The position numbers and the translations under genes were made by a program. A model generated the notes under the pieces. That model did no database searches. It was not told the origin of the DNA and saw only the letters and a list, made by a program, of their open reading frames with translations. A stretch of 64,000 nt of DNA from an uncultured delta proteobacterium (GTDB lineage Bacteria > Desulfobacterota > Desulfomonilia > UBA1062): assembly GCA_963798485.1 (NCBI GenBank), contig CAWCTR010000014.1, forward strand, positions 64,001-128,000, given 5' to 3'. Below, piece after piece: positions 38,786-48,860 of the stretch (its first letter is position 1; the number at the start of each line of letters is the position of its first letter).

Positions 38786-40651
38786 ATGACTTCTACAAAA
38801 AGGTTGATTACAAAACTCACCATACGCCTCGAACTATACATCAATCTCATTGTAGTTCCATTGGCTTTATATTACGGAACCATTGCAGGAATGTTTCAGG
38901 GGAAAAAGTTGTTATATGTTATCTATACTGCAATAATATCGGCAACCCTTGCAACCCTCTTCGGCATGTCCATCCGTATATGGAAGCTTAACGGGATCTT
39001 GAATGCCCTTGATGCAGGGACAGAAGACTATGCAAAGATCAAGCTTGATCTTCTCTCCTACCCCACAACCGAGAGCATTGTCATAGTTCTTCGATGGGTC
39101 CTCGGCCTGGTGTGTCAATATGCGATTTTGCAGTCATCGGTTGGGATTACATGGTTTGAGACATTGCCGGTATTCTTTATCCTGCTTCTCTGTATCCCTA
39201 TAAACAGCATCATATCCTATTGCACTACGGAACATCTCCTTTCGCCTGTCCTCATGGATGATCGCATCAAAGGGGTACATCTCCCTCGGGACTCATATAC
39301 CCTATTCAGTGTCTCTTCCCGGACTACATTCATTGTTATCTCCGTTCTTATCATCCCTTTGGTCACCCTTGGTCATTTTTTATTCATATCCCATCTCCAG
39401 GCCATCAGTCTTAGTGATCTCTCCTTCAATGTTTTTATTATCCTGTCACTTTCACTGGCTGCCATCTTTGTAACCGTGCATGAATCGAATGCAGGTATAC
39501 AGTCAGGATTGAGAATGACCCTGGAGACCCTGGGAGAGCTCGAAAAGGGAAATCTCCTTGTAGCGCCTATACCATTGTTAGCCAAGGGAGAAATCGGTGT
39601 CATCAGCCAATCCGTGAATGTCCTGGCCCATTCTTTACGAAACTCAGAAGAGATGTTCTCAAAGGCCTTCAGATCCAGCCCAGTCGGAATTGTAATCTGG
39701 AGGGTTATCGATGGCTGCTTTCTCAATGTGAACGAAAGTTTTTTCAAGATATCCGGTTTTTCAAGGGATTCTGTCATAGGGAGGACCCTTGAAGAAGTCG
39801 GGCTCTTTAATACAATCTCTGACTATTACCGTATGGTCCAAACCCTTCAAGGTCAAGGACAGGTCCGTGGATTTGAAACAGAATTCCACACCAGCACCGG
39901 AGAAATCAGGATGGTCACCATATCAGCCGAGATGATCATGCTCACGGATGAGCAGTGTATGATAGCGACCATAGAAGATGTCACTGAGAAAAAGACTTTG
40001 GAAAAAGAGATCCTGATTATTGGTGAAAGGGAGCGACAGAAAATCGGCCAGGACCTGCATGACGATCTCGCCCCGCACCTCATAGGCATTGAGGTTATGA
40101 GCGAGTTATTGAAAAAAAAGCTCCAGGAAAACAGTGTTCCTTCAACCGGTGAGGTAGAAAAGATCAGGAGCCTGATCGAACAGGCCATTCAAAAAACAAG
40201 GAGACTCTCCAGAGGATTATGCCCGGTCTTCCTCGCTGATCACGGGCTTGAGTCATTGTTGCAGGAGATGGCATCAAACATAAACGAGGTATATGGGATT
40301 ACCTGCATGTTCCATTATCAACAATCCATCTTAATCGATGACATTTCCATATGTACCCATATATACTATATAGTACACGAAGCCATTTATAATGCAATAA
40401 GACATGGGAAGGCAGACAGGATTACTATTGATTTATTGTATGAAAATAATATTGTGATGCTTACCACCGCAGATAACGGCATAGGAATGCAAAACCATGA
40501 GGAACCACAGGGTATGGGGCTCAAGATTATGAATTTCCGCGCAAATATGATAGGGGCGAATTTAACAATATCCAGCAATCAGGACAAAGGTACCAAAGTG
40601 ACTCTATCTTTCAAGTATGATGGTCATAATGAAACGAATATTTGGAAATAA
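38786..40651 (+). CDS. Membrane sensor histidine kinase (multi-TM, HAMP, PAS, HisKA_3)
   Basis: About 6 hydrophobic segments, GEIG HAMP, FSKAFRSSP PAS, ERERQKIGQDLHDDL, EAIYNAIRHG, DNGIG, GMGL. Confidence 0.92.
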   Translation: MTSTKRLITKLTIRLELYINLIVVPLALYYGTIAGMFQGKKLLYVIYTAIISATLATLFGMSIRIWKLNGILNALDAGTEDYAKIKLDLLSYPTTESIVIVLRWVLGLVCQYAILQSSVGITWFETLPVFFILLLCIPINSIISYCTTEHLLSPVLMDDRIKGVHLPRDSYTLFSVSSRTTFIVISVLIIPLVTLGHFLFISHLQAISLSDLSFNVFIILSLSLAAIFVTVHESNAGIQSGLRMTLETLGELEKGNLLVAPIPLLAKGEIGVISQSVNVLAHSLRNSEEMFSKAFRSSPVGIVIWRVIDGCFLNVNESFFKISGFSRDSVIGRTLEEVGLFNTISDYYRMVQTLQGQGQVRGFETEFHTSTGEIRMVTISAEMIMLTDEQCMIATIEDVTEKKTLEKEILIIGERERQKIGQDLHDDLAPHLIGIEVMSELLKKKLQENSVPSTGEVEKIRSLIEQAIQKTRRLSRGLCPVFLADHGLESLLQEMASNINEVYGITCMFHYQQSILIDDISICTHIYYIVHEAIYNAIRHGKADRITIDLLYENNIVMLTTADNGIGMQNHEEPQGMGLKIMNFRANMIGANLTISSNQDKGTKVTLSFKYDGHNETNIWK

Positions 40652-40657
40652 ATCGAT

Positions 40658-41314
40658 ATGAACAGCTCTAAGATGGTCAAGATACTGATTGTGGAAGATC
40701 ATGAAATTTTCCGGCTTGGAATCAAAGAACTGATCAACCATGAGCATGATCTTACCGTGTGTGGCGAGGCGGAAGATGTCGATACCGCCAGGACCCTCAT
40801 AAAAGAATTCCATCCTGACATGGTCATCATAGATATCACCTTGAAAAAAAGCAACGGCATGGAGCTCATCAAGGAGATCAGCACCTTTCATAAGACTATG
40901 AAGATGCTTGTTCTGTCCATGCATGACGAGCTCCTTTACGCCGAACGGTCTCTTCAGGCCGGCGCACAAGGCTATATCATGAAGCAGGAGACCTCAAAGT
41001 CAATAGTAAAGGCCATTCGCCACATTTTGCAGGGTAATATCTATGTCAGCGAGAGCATCATGAGCAATCTCCTGAACAGGGTGCGGACCGGCCAGGATAC
41101 TTTTGAGAAGTCACCGGTTGAGAACCTTTCTGACCGAGAGCTTGAGGTCTTGAGAAGGATCGGACAAGGAAGATCTTCCAGTGAGATTGCCGATGAAATG
41201 AACCTGAGCATAAGCACCATCAGCACTTATCGTGAGAGAATCAAAGAAAAACTTCAGTTGAAAAATTCTGCGGAACTCGTACGATATGCCGTCCACTGGG
41301 AAGAGAATAAGTAA
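40658..41314 (+). CDS. NarL/FixJ-family response regulator
   Basis: IVEDHEIFR, IIDITL, LSMH, GYIMK, LSDRELEV LuxR HTH. Confidence 0.95.
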   Translation: MNSSKMVKILIVEDHEIFRLGIKELINHEHDLTVCGEAEDVDTARTLIKEFHPDMVIIDITLKKSNGMELIKEISTFHKTMKMLVLSMHDELLYAERSLQAGAQGYIMKQETSKSIVKAIRHILQGNIYVSESIMSNLLNRVRTGQDTFEKSPVENLSDRELEVLRRIGQGRSSSEIADEMNLSISTISTYRERIKEKLQLKNSAELVRYAVHWEENK

Positions 41315-41540
41315 TATTCAATAAATATCGTTTTTATTCTCTTACATAAAGCCATTCAGTCTCCTAAGTTTTATAACATCTCCTGTAATGTATCATTCTA
41401 CATTGCACTACAAGCAGCCACTACAAAAGATTAGCTTCCCCCTTGATTGAATCATATGAGAGATTATTAGTATAATATAATTACATTATGAATAGGAGCA
41501 CGGCACTATACTATATAAAATAAATACCGGAGGTGGTCAC

Positions 41541-43400
41541 ATGGGCGGTGGGTACGCAGGAAAATTCTTACATGTTAATTTAACAAATGCGACCTGTTCT
41601 GATTTCATAATTGATGATGCCACATTGAAAAAATGCATCGGTGGAAGTTGTCTTGCCGCCAAGCTATTTCTCGACAGGTATCCACTTGATCTCGATCCCC
41701 TGGCCCCGGAAAACCCGTTCATGATCATGACAGGCCCTATGGTGGGCAGCGGATTCCCCGGCACATCAAGGTTCAGCATCTGTGCAAAATCCCCCCAGAC
41801 AGGGATATGGGGTGAGTCCGCCTGCGGGGGCACCTTCAGCCCGGATCTGAAACGCTCAGGATACGATGGTATCATAATAGAAGGAAAGGCGAATACCCCC
41901 GTGTACCTATCCATAACGGATGATGGTGCGCAGATCATGGATGCATCGCATTTGTGGGGCAAGGACATCTACGAAGCCACGGACATCCTCAAGGCACCGG
42001 ACAAATCGCTCAAGATCCTTGCTATCGGGCCTGCCGGTGAGAATCTTGTAAAGATAGCCGCCATCGGAAATGACAAGGGCCATTTCAGCGGAAGGACAGG
42101 CCTCGGCGCCGTCATGGGCTCCAAAAACCTGAAGGCCATCATTGTGAAGGGCTCCAAAAAGCTCACCAAGGCCGATGAAGAGAAGTATAAACAGTACTTG
42201 AAGGAAGCCATGCAGGAGGTGAAAGACTCGGCCCTTGCAGACGGTATCCACCAGATGGGGTCCGACGCCAACATGGACCTCGGCATGATCTCGGGTGATG
42301 TTCCGGTCAAGAACTGGACCGTGGGCGAGGACTTCATGCTCTCATCCAGCCTGAGCGGACCGACCATGAAGGAAAAATATCTCACCAAGGCCCATGCATG
42401 CTCGAACTGCCCGGTTGCCTGCAAAAGGGTGGTCAAGGTGGACGAAGGCCCCTTCAAAACTGATGAAGGTCCCGGGCCTGAATATGAAACATGCGGCACC
42501 TTCGGCACCATGATGATGAACCCAGATCTGGCAGCCGTGATCAAGGCCAATGAGCTCTGCAACAAGTACGGCATGGACACTATCAGCTGCGGTTCGGCTA
42601 TTGCCCTGGCCATGGAGCTTTATGAAAAGGGCATTATTACAAAAGACGACCTGGGTGGGCTCGATCTCACCTGGGGAAACATGGATGCAGCGATTGCATT
42701 GATCAAGAAGATCGCATACCGGGAGGGTTTCGGTGATATCCTGGCCGAAGGGAGCGTGAAGGCAGCCCTTAAGATAGGCAAAGGTGCCATTGATTTAGTA
42801 GTCTCGGTCAAGGGCCTTGAGGCCCCCATGCACGACCCCAGGGGTTTCCACGGTATGGGACTTGCCTACATGATGTCAAACAGGGGGGCCTGTCACCTCC
42901 AGCATGCAGTACTCGCAACAGAGCAAGGCATGGCCTCATGGCCGCAGCTCTTCGACATGAAAGACGACTACGTGGGCACCACCAGCGTCGGCAAGGCAGC
43001 GCTTGTATACAATTCCGAGAACTACGGCATCCTGGGGAATTCGCTCGCTATCTGCCACTATCTCATCGATATATTAAAACCCGAGACCATCCTGGGAGCC
43101 TTCAATGCCATCACCGGTTGGGACCTGAGTCAAAAGGACCTTCTCAAGGCCGGCATGAGGGACTGGACACTGAAACGCGGATTCAACAACCTGCTGGGCA
43201 TCACCGTGAAAGACGACAAGCTCCCCAAGAAGCTCCTGACTGCCCTCGAAGAGGGTGGGGGTGCAGGTTCCGTACCTGATGTCGAGCTTCTCCTGAAAGA
43301 GTATTATGCGCTACGCGGCCTCGACGAGAGGGGCTACCCAAAGATAGAGATGCTTACCGAGCTTGGCCTGGATGAACTTAAGAACAGACTCTATACATAA
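41541..43400 (+). CDS. aor: Aldehyde:ferredoxin oxidoreductase (W/Mo-pterin AOR family)
   Basis: KSPQTG..GES..GG, IGPAGEN, GRTGLGAVMGSKNLKA, CSNCPVAC, PEYET, GMDTIS, HDPR, RGACH. Confidence 0.95.
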   Translation: MGGGYAGKFLHVNLTNATCSDFIIDDATLKKCIGGSCLAAKLFLDRYPLDLDPLAPENPFMIMTGPMVGSGFPGTSRFSICAKSPQTGIWGESACGGTFSPDLKRSGYDGIIIEGKANTPVYLSITDDGAQIMDASHLWGKDIYEATDILKAPDKSLKILAIGPAGENLVKIAAIGNDKGHFSGRTGLGAVMGSKNLKAIIVKGSKKLTKADEEKYKQYLKEAMQEVKDSALADGIHQMGSDANMDLGMISGDVPVKNWTVGEDFMLSSSLSGPTMKEKYLTKAHACSNCPVACKRVVKVDEGPFKTDEGPGPEYETCGTFGTMMMNPDLAAVIKANELCNKYGMDTISCGSAIALAMELYEKGIITKDDLGGLDLTWGNMDAAIALIKKIAYREGFGDILAEGSVKAALKIGKGAIDLVVSVKGLEAPMHDPRGFHGMGLAYMMSNRGACHLQHAVLATEQGMASWPQLFDMKDDYVGTTSVGKAALVYNSENYGILGNSLAICHYLIDILKPETILGAFNAITGWDLSQKDLLKAGMRDWTLKRGFNNLLGITVKDDKLPKKLLTALEEGGGAGSVPDVELLLKEYYALRGLDERGYPKIEMLTELGLDELKNRLYT

Positions 43401-43430
43401 CACCTTAATCCTTAAGAGGAGGTATTTTTT

Positions 43431-43859
43431 ATGGCAAAAGTGAAGGCATTGACGCAGGAATGGATGGATGCATACAAGGCAGCGATCGTATCGGACCCTG
43501 ATTACAAGCAGATCGCCAAGGACTGGGAGGGGAGCGTTTCACTGATCGTGAATGCAGACCCATCCAAGGGAGTCCCCGAGCCTGTTTATCTCTTCCAGGA
43601 CTACTGGCACGGCGACGTGGGAGAGTTCATTGTGTGCGACAAGGCAAAGGCCGAGAGCGCAAAGTTCGTCATGACCGGCGACTATTCCCGCTGGAAGCAG
43701 GTAGCCCTCAAAGAGCTTGATGCCACCAAGGGACTCCTGCAGGGCAAGCTGAAGATGAAGGGTGACCTGCCTTATGTGGTGAGGAACATCAAGGTAGTCA
43801 ACAAGGTCGTCGATGTCCTTGGAAAGTTTGAAACACAATGGCCTGATGACCCTGCATGA
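43431..43859 (+). CDS. SCP2 sterol/lipid-binding domain protein
   Basis: EW..AY......Y...AKDWEG, FVMTGDYSRWK, LDATKGLLQGKLKMKGD. Confidence 0.85.
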   Translation: MAKVKALTQEWMDAYKAAIVSDPDYKQIAKDWEGSVSLIVNADPSKGVPEPVYLFQDYWHGDVGEFIVCDKAKAESAKFVMTGDYSRWKQVALKELDATKGLLQGKLKMKGDLPYVVRNIKVVNKVVDVLGKFETQWPDDPA

Positions 43860-43876
43860 TTAATAAGGAGAGATAA

Positions 43877-45040
43877 ATGGCTTACGATTCAGATTTATCA
43901 TTCAATTATTTTGGACCGACGAAGATTATCTTCGGGGTGGATTCATCGAAAGATGTTGAAATCGAGATGAGCTATTTAGGAGGCGCAAAGGCTGTCGTTG
44001 TCACTGATCAGGGCATTATCAATGCAGGCCTCATCGATCACATCGTGAAGGCGCTGGGCAGCAAGTGCGTAGGTGTATTCAGCGATATTCCTCAGGACAC
44101 CGGGGTGGAGGTAGTGGATGCAGGCGCGTCCTTTGCCAAAAAGAACGGTGCAGATATCGTTGTCAGCGTAGGCGGAGGCAGTGTCATCGATACGGCCAAA
44201 GGCATGTGCATATTGCTTACTGAAGGCGGCAATCTGCGGGACTTCAATGGTGTCCAGCTGTTGTCAAGACCTCAGACTCCGCATGTTGTAATCCCCACTA
44301 CGGCAGGTACAGGCAGTGAAGTAACCAATGCCGCGGTTATCATGGATAAAGAGAGGGGCCAGAAGCGTCTGGTCGTTGAGAATTTCAACGTTCCAAGGCT
44401 TGCCATCCTTGACCCTAAGATGACGGTCAAACTGCCCAAGCTCATGACGGCAGGCACGGGCATGGATGCCATGACTCACGCAGTGGAGGCCCTGCATGTC
44501 ATACCGCATGAACCTATAACCGACGCCTTGGGCATCCATGCTATCCGGCTGCTCTTCCAATACCTGCCTGTATGTGTTGAGAACGGCACGGACCTCGTTG
44601 CCCGGGGTCAGGTACAGATCGCGGCCACTATTGCCGGATGGGCCTTTGGTATCGCGGGTGTGGGCAACGTGCATGCACTGGCCCACTCCATCGGGGCCGT
44701 TGCCCATGTGCCGCACGGCATTGCAAACGGCATCCTTCTGGCGGACTGTATGGAATTCAACCTAGAGAGCTGCCCCGATGCCTATGCCATGGTGGCCGAG
44801 GCCTTCGGGGTCCGCGATAAGGGCATGGATGACATGGATGCCGCCAAGGCAGCTATTGCCGCCATAAGAGAATTCACCAAGAAGATCTCGCACCCCCAGA
44901 GGCTCTCGGAGTGTAAGGTGAAAGAGGCCGATATCATAAAGGCTGCCGAGCTCAGCCTGAGCGACGGAGCCATCGTAAGCAACCCACGGCTCGTGCTCGA
45001 TGCATCCGAGGTACTCGAAATCTATAAAAAAGTACTCTAG
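43877..45040 (+). CDS. Iron-containing alcohol dehydrogenase
   Basis: GGGSVIDTAK, PTTAGTGSE, GMDAMTHAVE, HALAH, HGIAN. Confidence 0.95.
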   Translation: MAYDSDLSFNYFGPTKIIFGVDSSKDVEIEMSYLGGAKAVVVTDQGIINAGLIDHIVKALGSKCVGVFSDIPQDTGVEVVDAGASFAKKNGADIVVSVGGGSVIDTAKGMCILLTEGGNLRDFNGVQLLSRPQTPHVVIPTTAGTGSEVTNAAVIMDKERGQKRLVVENFNVPRLAILDPKMTVKLPKLMTAGTGMDAMTHAVEALHVIPHEPITDALGIHAIRLLFQYLPVCVENGTDLVARGQVQIAATIAGWAFGIAGVGNVHALAHSIGAVAHVPHGIANGILLADCMEFNLESCPDAYAMVAEAFGVRDKGMDDMDAAKAAIAAIREFTKKISHPQRLSECKVKEADIIKAAELSLSDGAIVSNPRLVLDASEVLEIYKKVL

Positions 45041-45046
45041 AATTCC

Positions 45047-45080
45047 AGGGAAGGGAGGCATATTGCCGCCCTTCCCTTTA
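45047..45080 (+). terminator. Strong hairpin between adh and the second SCP2-like gene
   Basis: AGGGAAGGGAGGCA-TAT-TGCCGCCCTTCCCT-TTA. Confidence 0.65.
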
Positions 45081-45109
45081 CGATTCAACATCTCCAGGAG
45101 GTAATTATC

Positions 45110-45529
45110 ATGGCAGAAAATATCGTTGATAACCGCGCCGAAGAGGTGCCCTTTTCCTATGTAATCGCAGATCTCCTCTCGGGCAATCTCCAGCAGAAGC
45201 CCAAGAAGATGACTACATTCAATAACATGTTCGGCGTAGTGGCCCTGAACCTGCCGGATATAGAGGCAGCGGTAACGCTCATCTTCGCAGGTGGACGACT
45301 ACGGATCGAACCGGGTATCCTGGGCAAGCCCGACCTCATCATTAACTCCAGCTCTGAAAATATAATTTCGCTCAATGCCATCAACATCAAGTTCGGGCTT
45401 CCTTACTACTTCGACGAGGCTGGCAGGAATGTGCTTAAGCAGCTATTGAACGGCGACCTCAAGATAAAGGGCATGTTTCTCCACCCCATACTCCTTACAC
45501 GACTCACCAAGATCATGTCGGTGATGTGA
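45110..45529 (+). CDS. SCP2-like fold protein
   Basis: AVTLIFAGGRLRIEPG...PDLII...LLNGDLKIKG pattern; SD AGGAGG. Confidence 0.7.
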   Translation: MAENIVDNRAEEVPFSYVIADLLSGNLQQKPKKMTTFNNMFGVVALNLPDIEAAVTLIFAGGRLRIEPGILGKPDLIINSSSENIISLNAINIKFGLPYYFDEAGRNVLKQLLNGDLKIKGMFLHPILLTRLTKIMSVM

Positions 45530-45549
45530 GGTTGACTCCCCCTTGATAA

Positions 45550-45597
45550 CTACAACACCTTTTCCATAAAGGCCTTGACCCTGCTGAAGAAATCCAA
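45550..45597 (-). pseudogene. Possible scar of a polar amino-acid ABC transporter ATPase C-terminus
   Basis: Minus frame LDFFSRVKAFMEKVL* resembles the GlnQ-family end (RtkaFLskvL); lies downstream of the orphan binding protein. Confidence 0.4.
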
Positions 45598-45667
45598 GGT
45601 AAAAGGGTAATGAAAGACAACAGGAACAGCGCGACAAAGATCACGTTGCCTGAATGCGGTTAGCGTC

Positions 45668-46480
45668 TTATTTCCAGGAAGTGATGTCATCCCCGAACCA
45701 CTTGATGGATATCTTCTTCATGGTGCCATCCTTGAACATGCCATCCAGGGTCTTCTGGATCTTGTCCTTAAGCTCGGCATCCTCTCTCCTGATGCCGATA
45801 CCAATGGGCTCAGAGAGGAGCGATTCCTTGAGGACCGAATATTTGCCATATTCGCCGGGCGTCTGCAACAGGTAGTAGCGGCCCACGAGTTCATCCACTG
45901 CCAGGACGTCGATCCTGCCGATCTTCAGGTCCATGAAGGCATCGGTGTTCTTATCATACTTTTTGATCTCCTTGAACTTCTTGTTCAGCTTCTTAAGGGC
46001 CTCTTCAGAGGTAGGGCCAAGCAGTACACCCACAATCGTTTCTTCATTGAGGTCTTTTAAGCCCTTAATCTTGTTGTTGCCCTTCTTTACCACGATGACC
46101 TGCTTCTCCATAATATAGGCCTTGGTGAAGGCGATCTTTTTTTCGCGCTCGGCAGTAATGGACATTGTTGACCAGATGATATCGAACTTCTTGGACTTCA
46201 ATGACAGGATGATGGTATCCCATACCGTCGGGAGGTGTTCTACCTTGATACCGAGCCTCTTTACCAGCTCCTTGGATGCATCGATGTCAAAGCCCACAAG
46301 CTCGTTCTTATCTTTGCGGAACTCCATTGGCGGGAAGGCATCATCAATACCTATAGTGAGTTTGCCTTCTTTCTTTACCCTCTCCCATGAACCATCGTCA
46401 GCTGCAAATAGGGTATTCGTAAACACAAAGGCCAAGGCTGCCGTTAATAGAACAGCCAATAATCCTTTCTTCATATACAT
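45668..46480 (-). CDS. Polar amino-acid ABC transporter substrate-binding protein
   Basis: Signal peptide, GIDDAFPPMEF, GFDID, MSITAER, DLKIGRIDV, ISIKWFG. Confidence 0.93.
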   Translation of the reverse strand: MYMKKGLLAVLLTAALAFVFTNTLFAADDGSWERVKKEGKLTIGIDDAFPPMEFRKDKNELVGFDIDASKELVKRLGIKVEHLPTVWDTIILSLKSKKFDIIWSTMSITAEREKKIAFTKAYIMEKQVIVVKKGNNKIKGLKDLNEETIVGVLLGPTSEEALKKLNKKFKEIKKYDKNTDAFMDLKIGRIDVLAVDELVGRYYLLQTPGEYGKYSVLKESLLSEPIGIGIRREDAELKDKIQKTLDGMFKDGTMKKISIKWFGDDITSWK

Positions 46481-46584
46481 TCCCCCTCAGATAATTGTGG
46501 TTTCTTCAACAGGACTATTTAATCACATATCAGGAAATTTCAAGAAGACATACATGAGAAGAGTTAACAGTGATCAGTAGGTGG

Positions 46585-47631
46585 TCACTCTTCAACTACA
46601 ATTGTGCCCGGATGTGTATCAATGATCTCGCCGATAATTGCCGCTTCTTCAACACCGCCTTCTCTAAGCTGTAAAACGAGCTTTCCGGCATCATCACCGG
46701 GCAGTACGATAAGCAGTCCGCCTGAGGTCTGGGGGTCGAACAGTGTTATTACAAGCTCATCACTGATACCTTGCTGGATATCAACCATCCTAGTCCTGAA
46801 TTCCCTGTTCCTGTATGCCCCCCCAGGAATCAACCCCATACGGGCATATTCCAGCGCTTCAGGAAAGACATGCACCAGCGTTGCATGGATTTTCATACCC
46901 ACATCAGTGCCCTCTATCATCTCGCATGCATGGCCCAGCAGGCCGAAGCCTGTAACATCGGTGCAGGCATGGACATTAAAGGATTCCATGACCTCTGCGG
47001 CTTTACGATTGAGGGTCTTCATTGATCGGACAGCCTTTTCCTCGGCTGCCTTGCTTGCCATGTCCGCCTTGATGGCCGTGCTGATAATCCCGCACCCCAA
47101 AGGCTTGGTGAGGATGACAGCATCACCCGGTATGCCCCCGGTATTTTTCAGGACCTTGTTTGGGTGGACCGTGCCGGTAACGGACAGGCCGTATTTGATC
47201 TCAGGGTCGTCCACACTGTGTCCTCCCACCAGAAGGACACCGGCCTCGACCATCTTGTCTGAGCCCCCCCGCAAGATCTCCTGCAAAATGGCAATGTCAA
47301 AAGTCTTTTCCGGGAAACAGATAATATTCATGGCAAGCAGCGGCCTGCCCCCCATGGCGTAGACATCGCTTAAGGCATTGGCCACTGCGATCTGGCCGAA
47401 ATCATAAGGATCGTCCACGATGGGGGTAAAGAAATCCAGGGTAAGGATCAAGGCCAGATCCTGGGCGATCCTGTACACCCCTGCGTCATCGGGTCTGTCC
47501 ATCCCGACGATTAGGTTCGGGTCATGCATGACCGCTATCGAGCGCAATGCCTTGTCCAGAAACTCCGGACCGAGCTTGCAGGCTCAACCAGCGCCGTGGA
47601 CGGTATTGGTAAGTTTCACCTTCTTGTCCAT
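46585..47631 (-). CDS. selD: Selenophosphate synthetase containing selenocysteine (UGA at codon 16)
   Basis: SD GGAGAG and ATG 47631 give MDKKVKLTNTVHGAG-U(TGA 47584-47586)-ACKLGP, in frame with DDAGVY, DFFTPIVDDP, ANALSDVYAMGG, GGHS, DPQTSGGLL; 348 aa. Confidence 0.95.
47548..47583 (-). promoter_or_regulatory. Bacterial SECIS element of selD
   Basis: Apical stem GTCCGGA-GTT-TCTGGAC 13 nt after UGA, plus a lower GCCT/AGGC pairing. Confidence 0.7.
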
Positions 47632-47760
47632 TCTCTCTCCATTTTCACAGGCGCTATTCGCTTGATGAAATAAAATATCTTTCCTCGACCTACTGCCTAA
47701 ATCACTGCATCTAGTGCCTGTTTCTCAACCATCTATAACTCAAAATAAGAAATGTTTCCA

Positions 47761-47789
47761 TTGATACCCTCAAATACCCAAGGTATGAT
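47761..47789 (+). promoter_or_regulatory. Sigma-70 promoter of the LysR gene, apparently leaderless
   Basis: TTGATA-N17-TATGAT, then 8 nt to ATG 47798; no SD. Confidence 0.65.
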
Positions 47790-47797
47790 GCAAAATC

Positions 47798-48727
47798 ATG
47801 AACCCCGACAAGTTCAGATTCATCACACTCCAGCAATTGGATGCCCTTGTGTGTCTTGTCGAGGAGCGGGGCTTCTCGAAGGCTGCCCGCAAGATGCTGC
47901 TTACCCAGCCTTCTCTGAGCAAACATATTAAAAACCTTGAGGACTTCACCTCGTGCCGACTCATCAACCGGGCCAAGTCCGGCATAAGCCTCACTACTGA
48001 GGGCTCCATCCTCTATGGGTACGCCAAGAGGATATTGCGGCTCAGGGACGAAGCCCGCGACAAGATCATCCTGGCAAAAGATACTGCGTCGGGCCTCATC
48101 TTTACCAGCGCCAGCACCATACCTGCTACATACCTGCTCCCGAGAGTCCTCACCACGCTAAGAAAAACATACCCGGAAATCAGGGTCCATTTATCTCCAG
48201 GCGACAGTGACAGTGTCATCCACATGGTGATTGACGGTCATGCCGAAATCGGGTTCATCGGGAAACCGGTTCACGATAAAAGGCTTCTGTCCGAGCCTGT
48301 CTGGTATGATGAGCTTATTCTTGTTGCTTGCAAAGGCCATCCTTGGGAGGCCTCTTGCGGGGTGAGTGTTTCAGAGCTGGCACAGGAACCCTTTATCATC
48401 AGGGAAAAGGGCTCAGGCACCATGTCTGTATTTGATGAATATCTTAAAAGCCAGAATGAAACCATGCTTTTGAATTTTCAGATCGTGAGCGAAATGGGCT
48501 CCACTGAGGCGGTTAAAGAGTCGGTCATAGCAGGCCTTGGTGTTTCCGTGCTTTCCATCCATGCCGTGAGGCGCGAGCTTACCCAGGGCATCCTGGTCCG
48601 TGTACCCCTTAAAGGCCCGAAGATCAGACGGCCCTTCTTTATGATCCGCAAGAAACAGTTCACCCCCCTGCCGCAGCACCTGCTGTTCATGGAAACGGCA
48701 AAGGCACATCAAAGCGATATCGCTTGA
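47798..48727 (+). CDS. LysR-family regulator (CysL-like, selenium-metabolism-associated type)
   Basis: FSKAA..LTQPSLS.HIK.LE HTH, ASTIPATYLLP, REKGSGT, STEAVKESV.AGLG; divergent from selD. Confidence 0.9.
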   Translation: MNPDKFRFITLQQLDALVCLVEERGFSKAARKMLLTQPSLSKHIKNLEDFTSCRLINRAKSGISLTTEGSILYGYAKRILRLRDEARDKIILAKDTASGLIFTSASTIPATYLLPRVLTTLRKTYPEIRVHLSPGDSDSVIHMVIDGHAEIGFIGKPVHDKRLLSEPVWYDELILVACKGHPWEASCGVSVSELAQEPFIIREKGSGTMSVFDEYLKSQNETMLLNFQIVSEMGSTEAVKESVIAGLGVSVLSIHAVRRELTQGILVRVPLKGPKIRRPFFMIRKKQFTPLPQHLLFMETAKAHQSDIA

Positions 48728-48860
48728 CCTTCGAGACTTGCGGTGGTCCTACACCCCCATGCCTGCAGGTGATTATTTTACCCTTTCCGAAAAGATAGTG
48801 ATCTGGTAAGAAACCCGCTGAGCTTTAAAACTATCATCTCAAGATAAAGGTAAAACCAGT

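Noticed and set aside
46585-47547. ORF-track selD start at TTG 47547
   Set aside because: It omits the catalytic U-x-x-K N-terminus; the real start is ATG 47631 with UGA recoding
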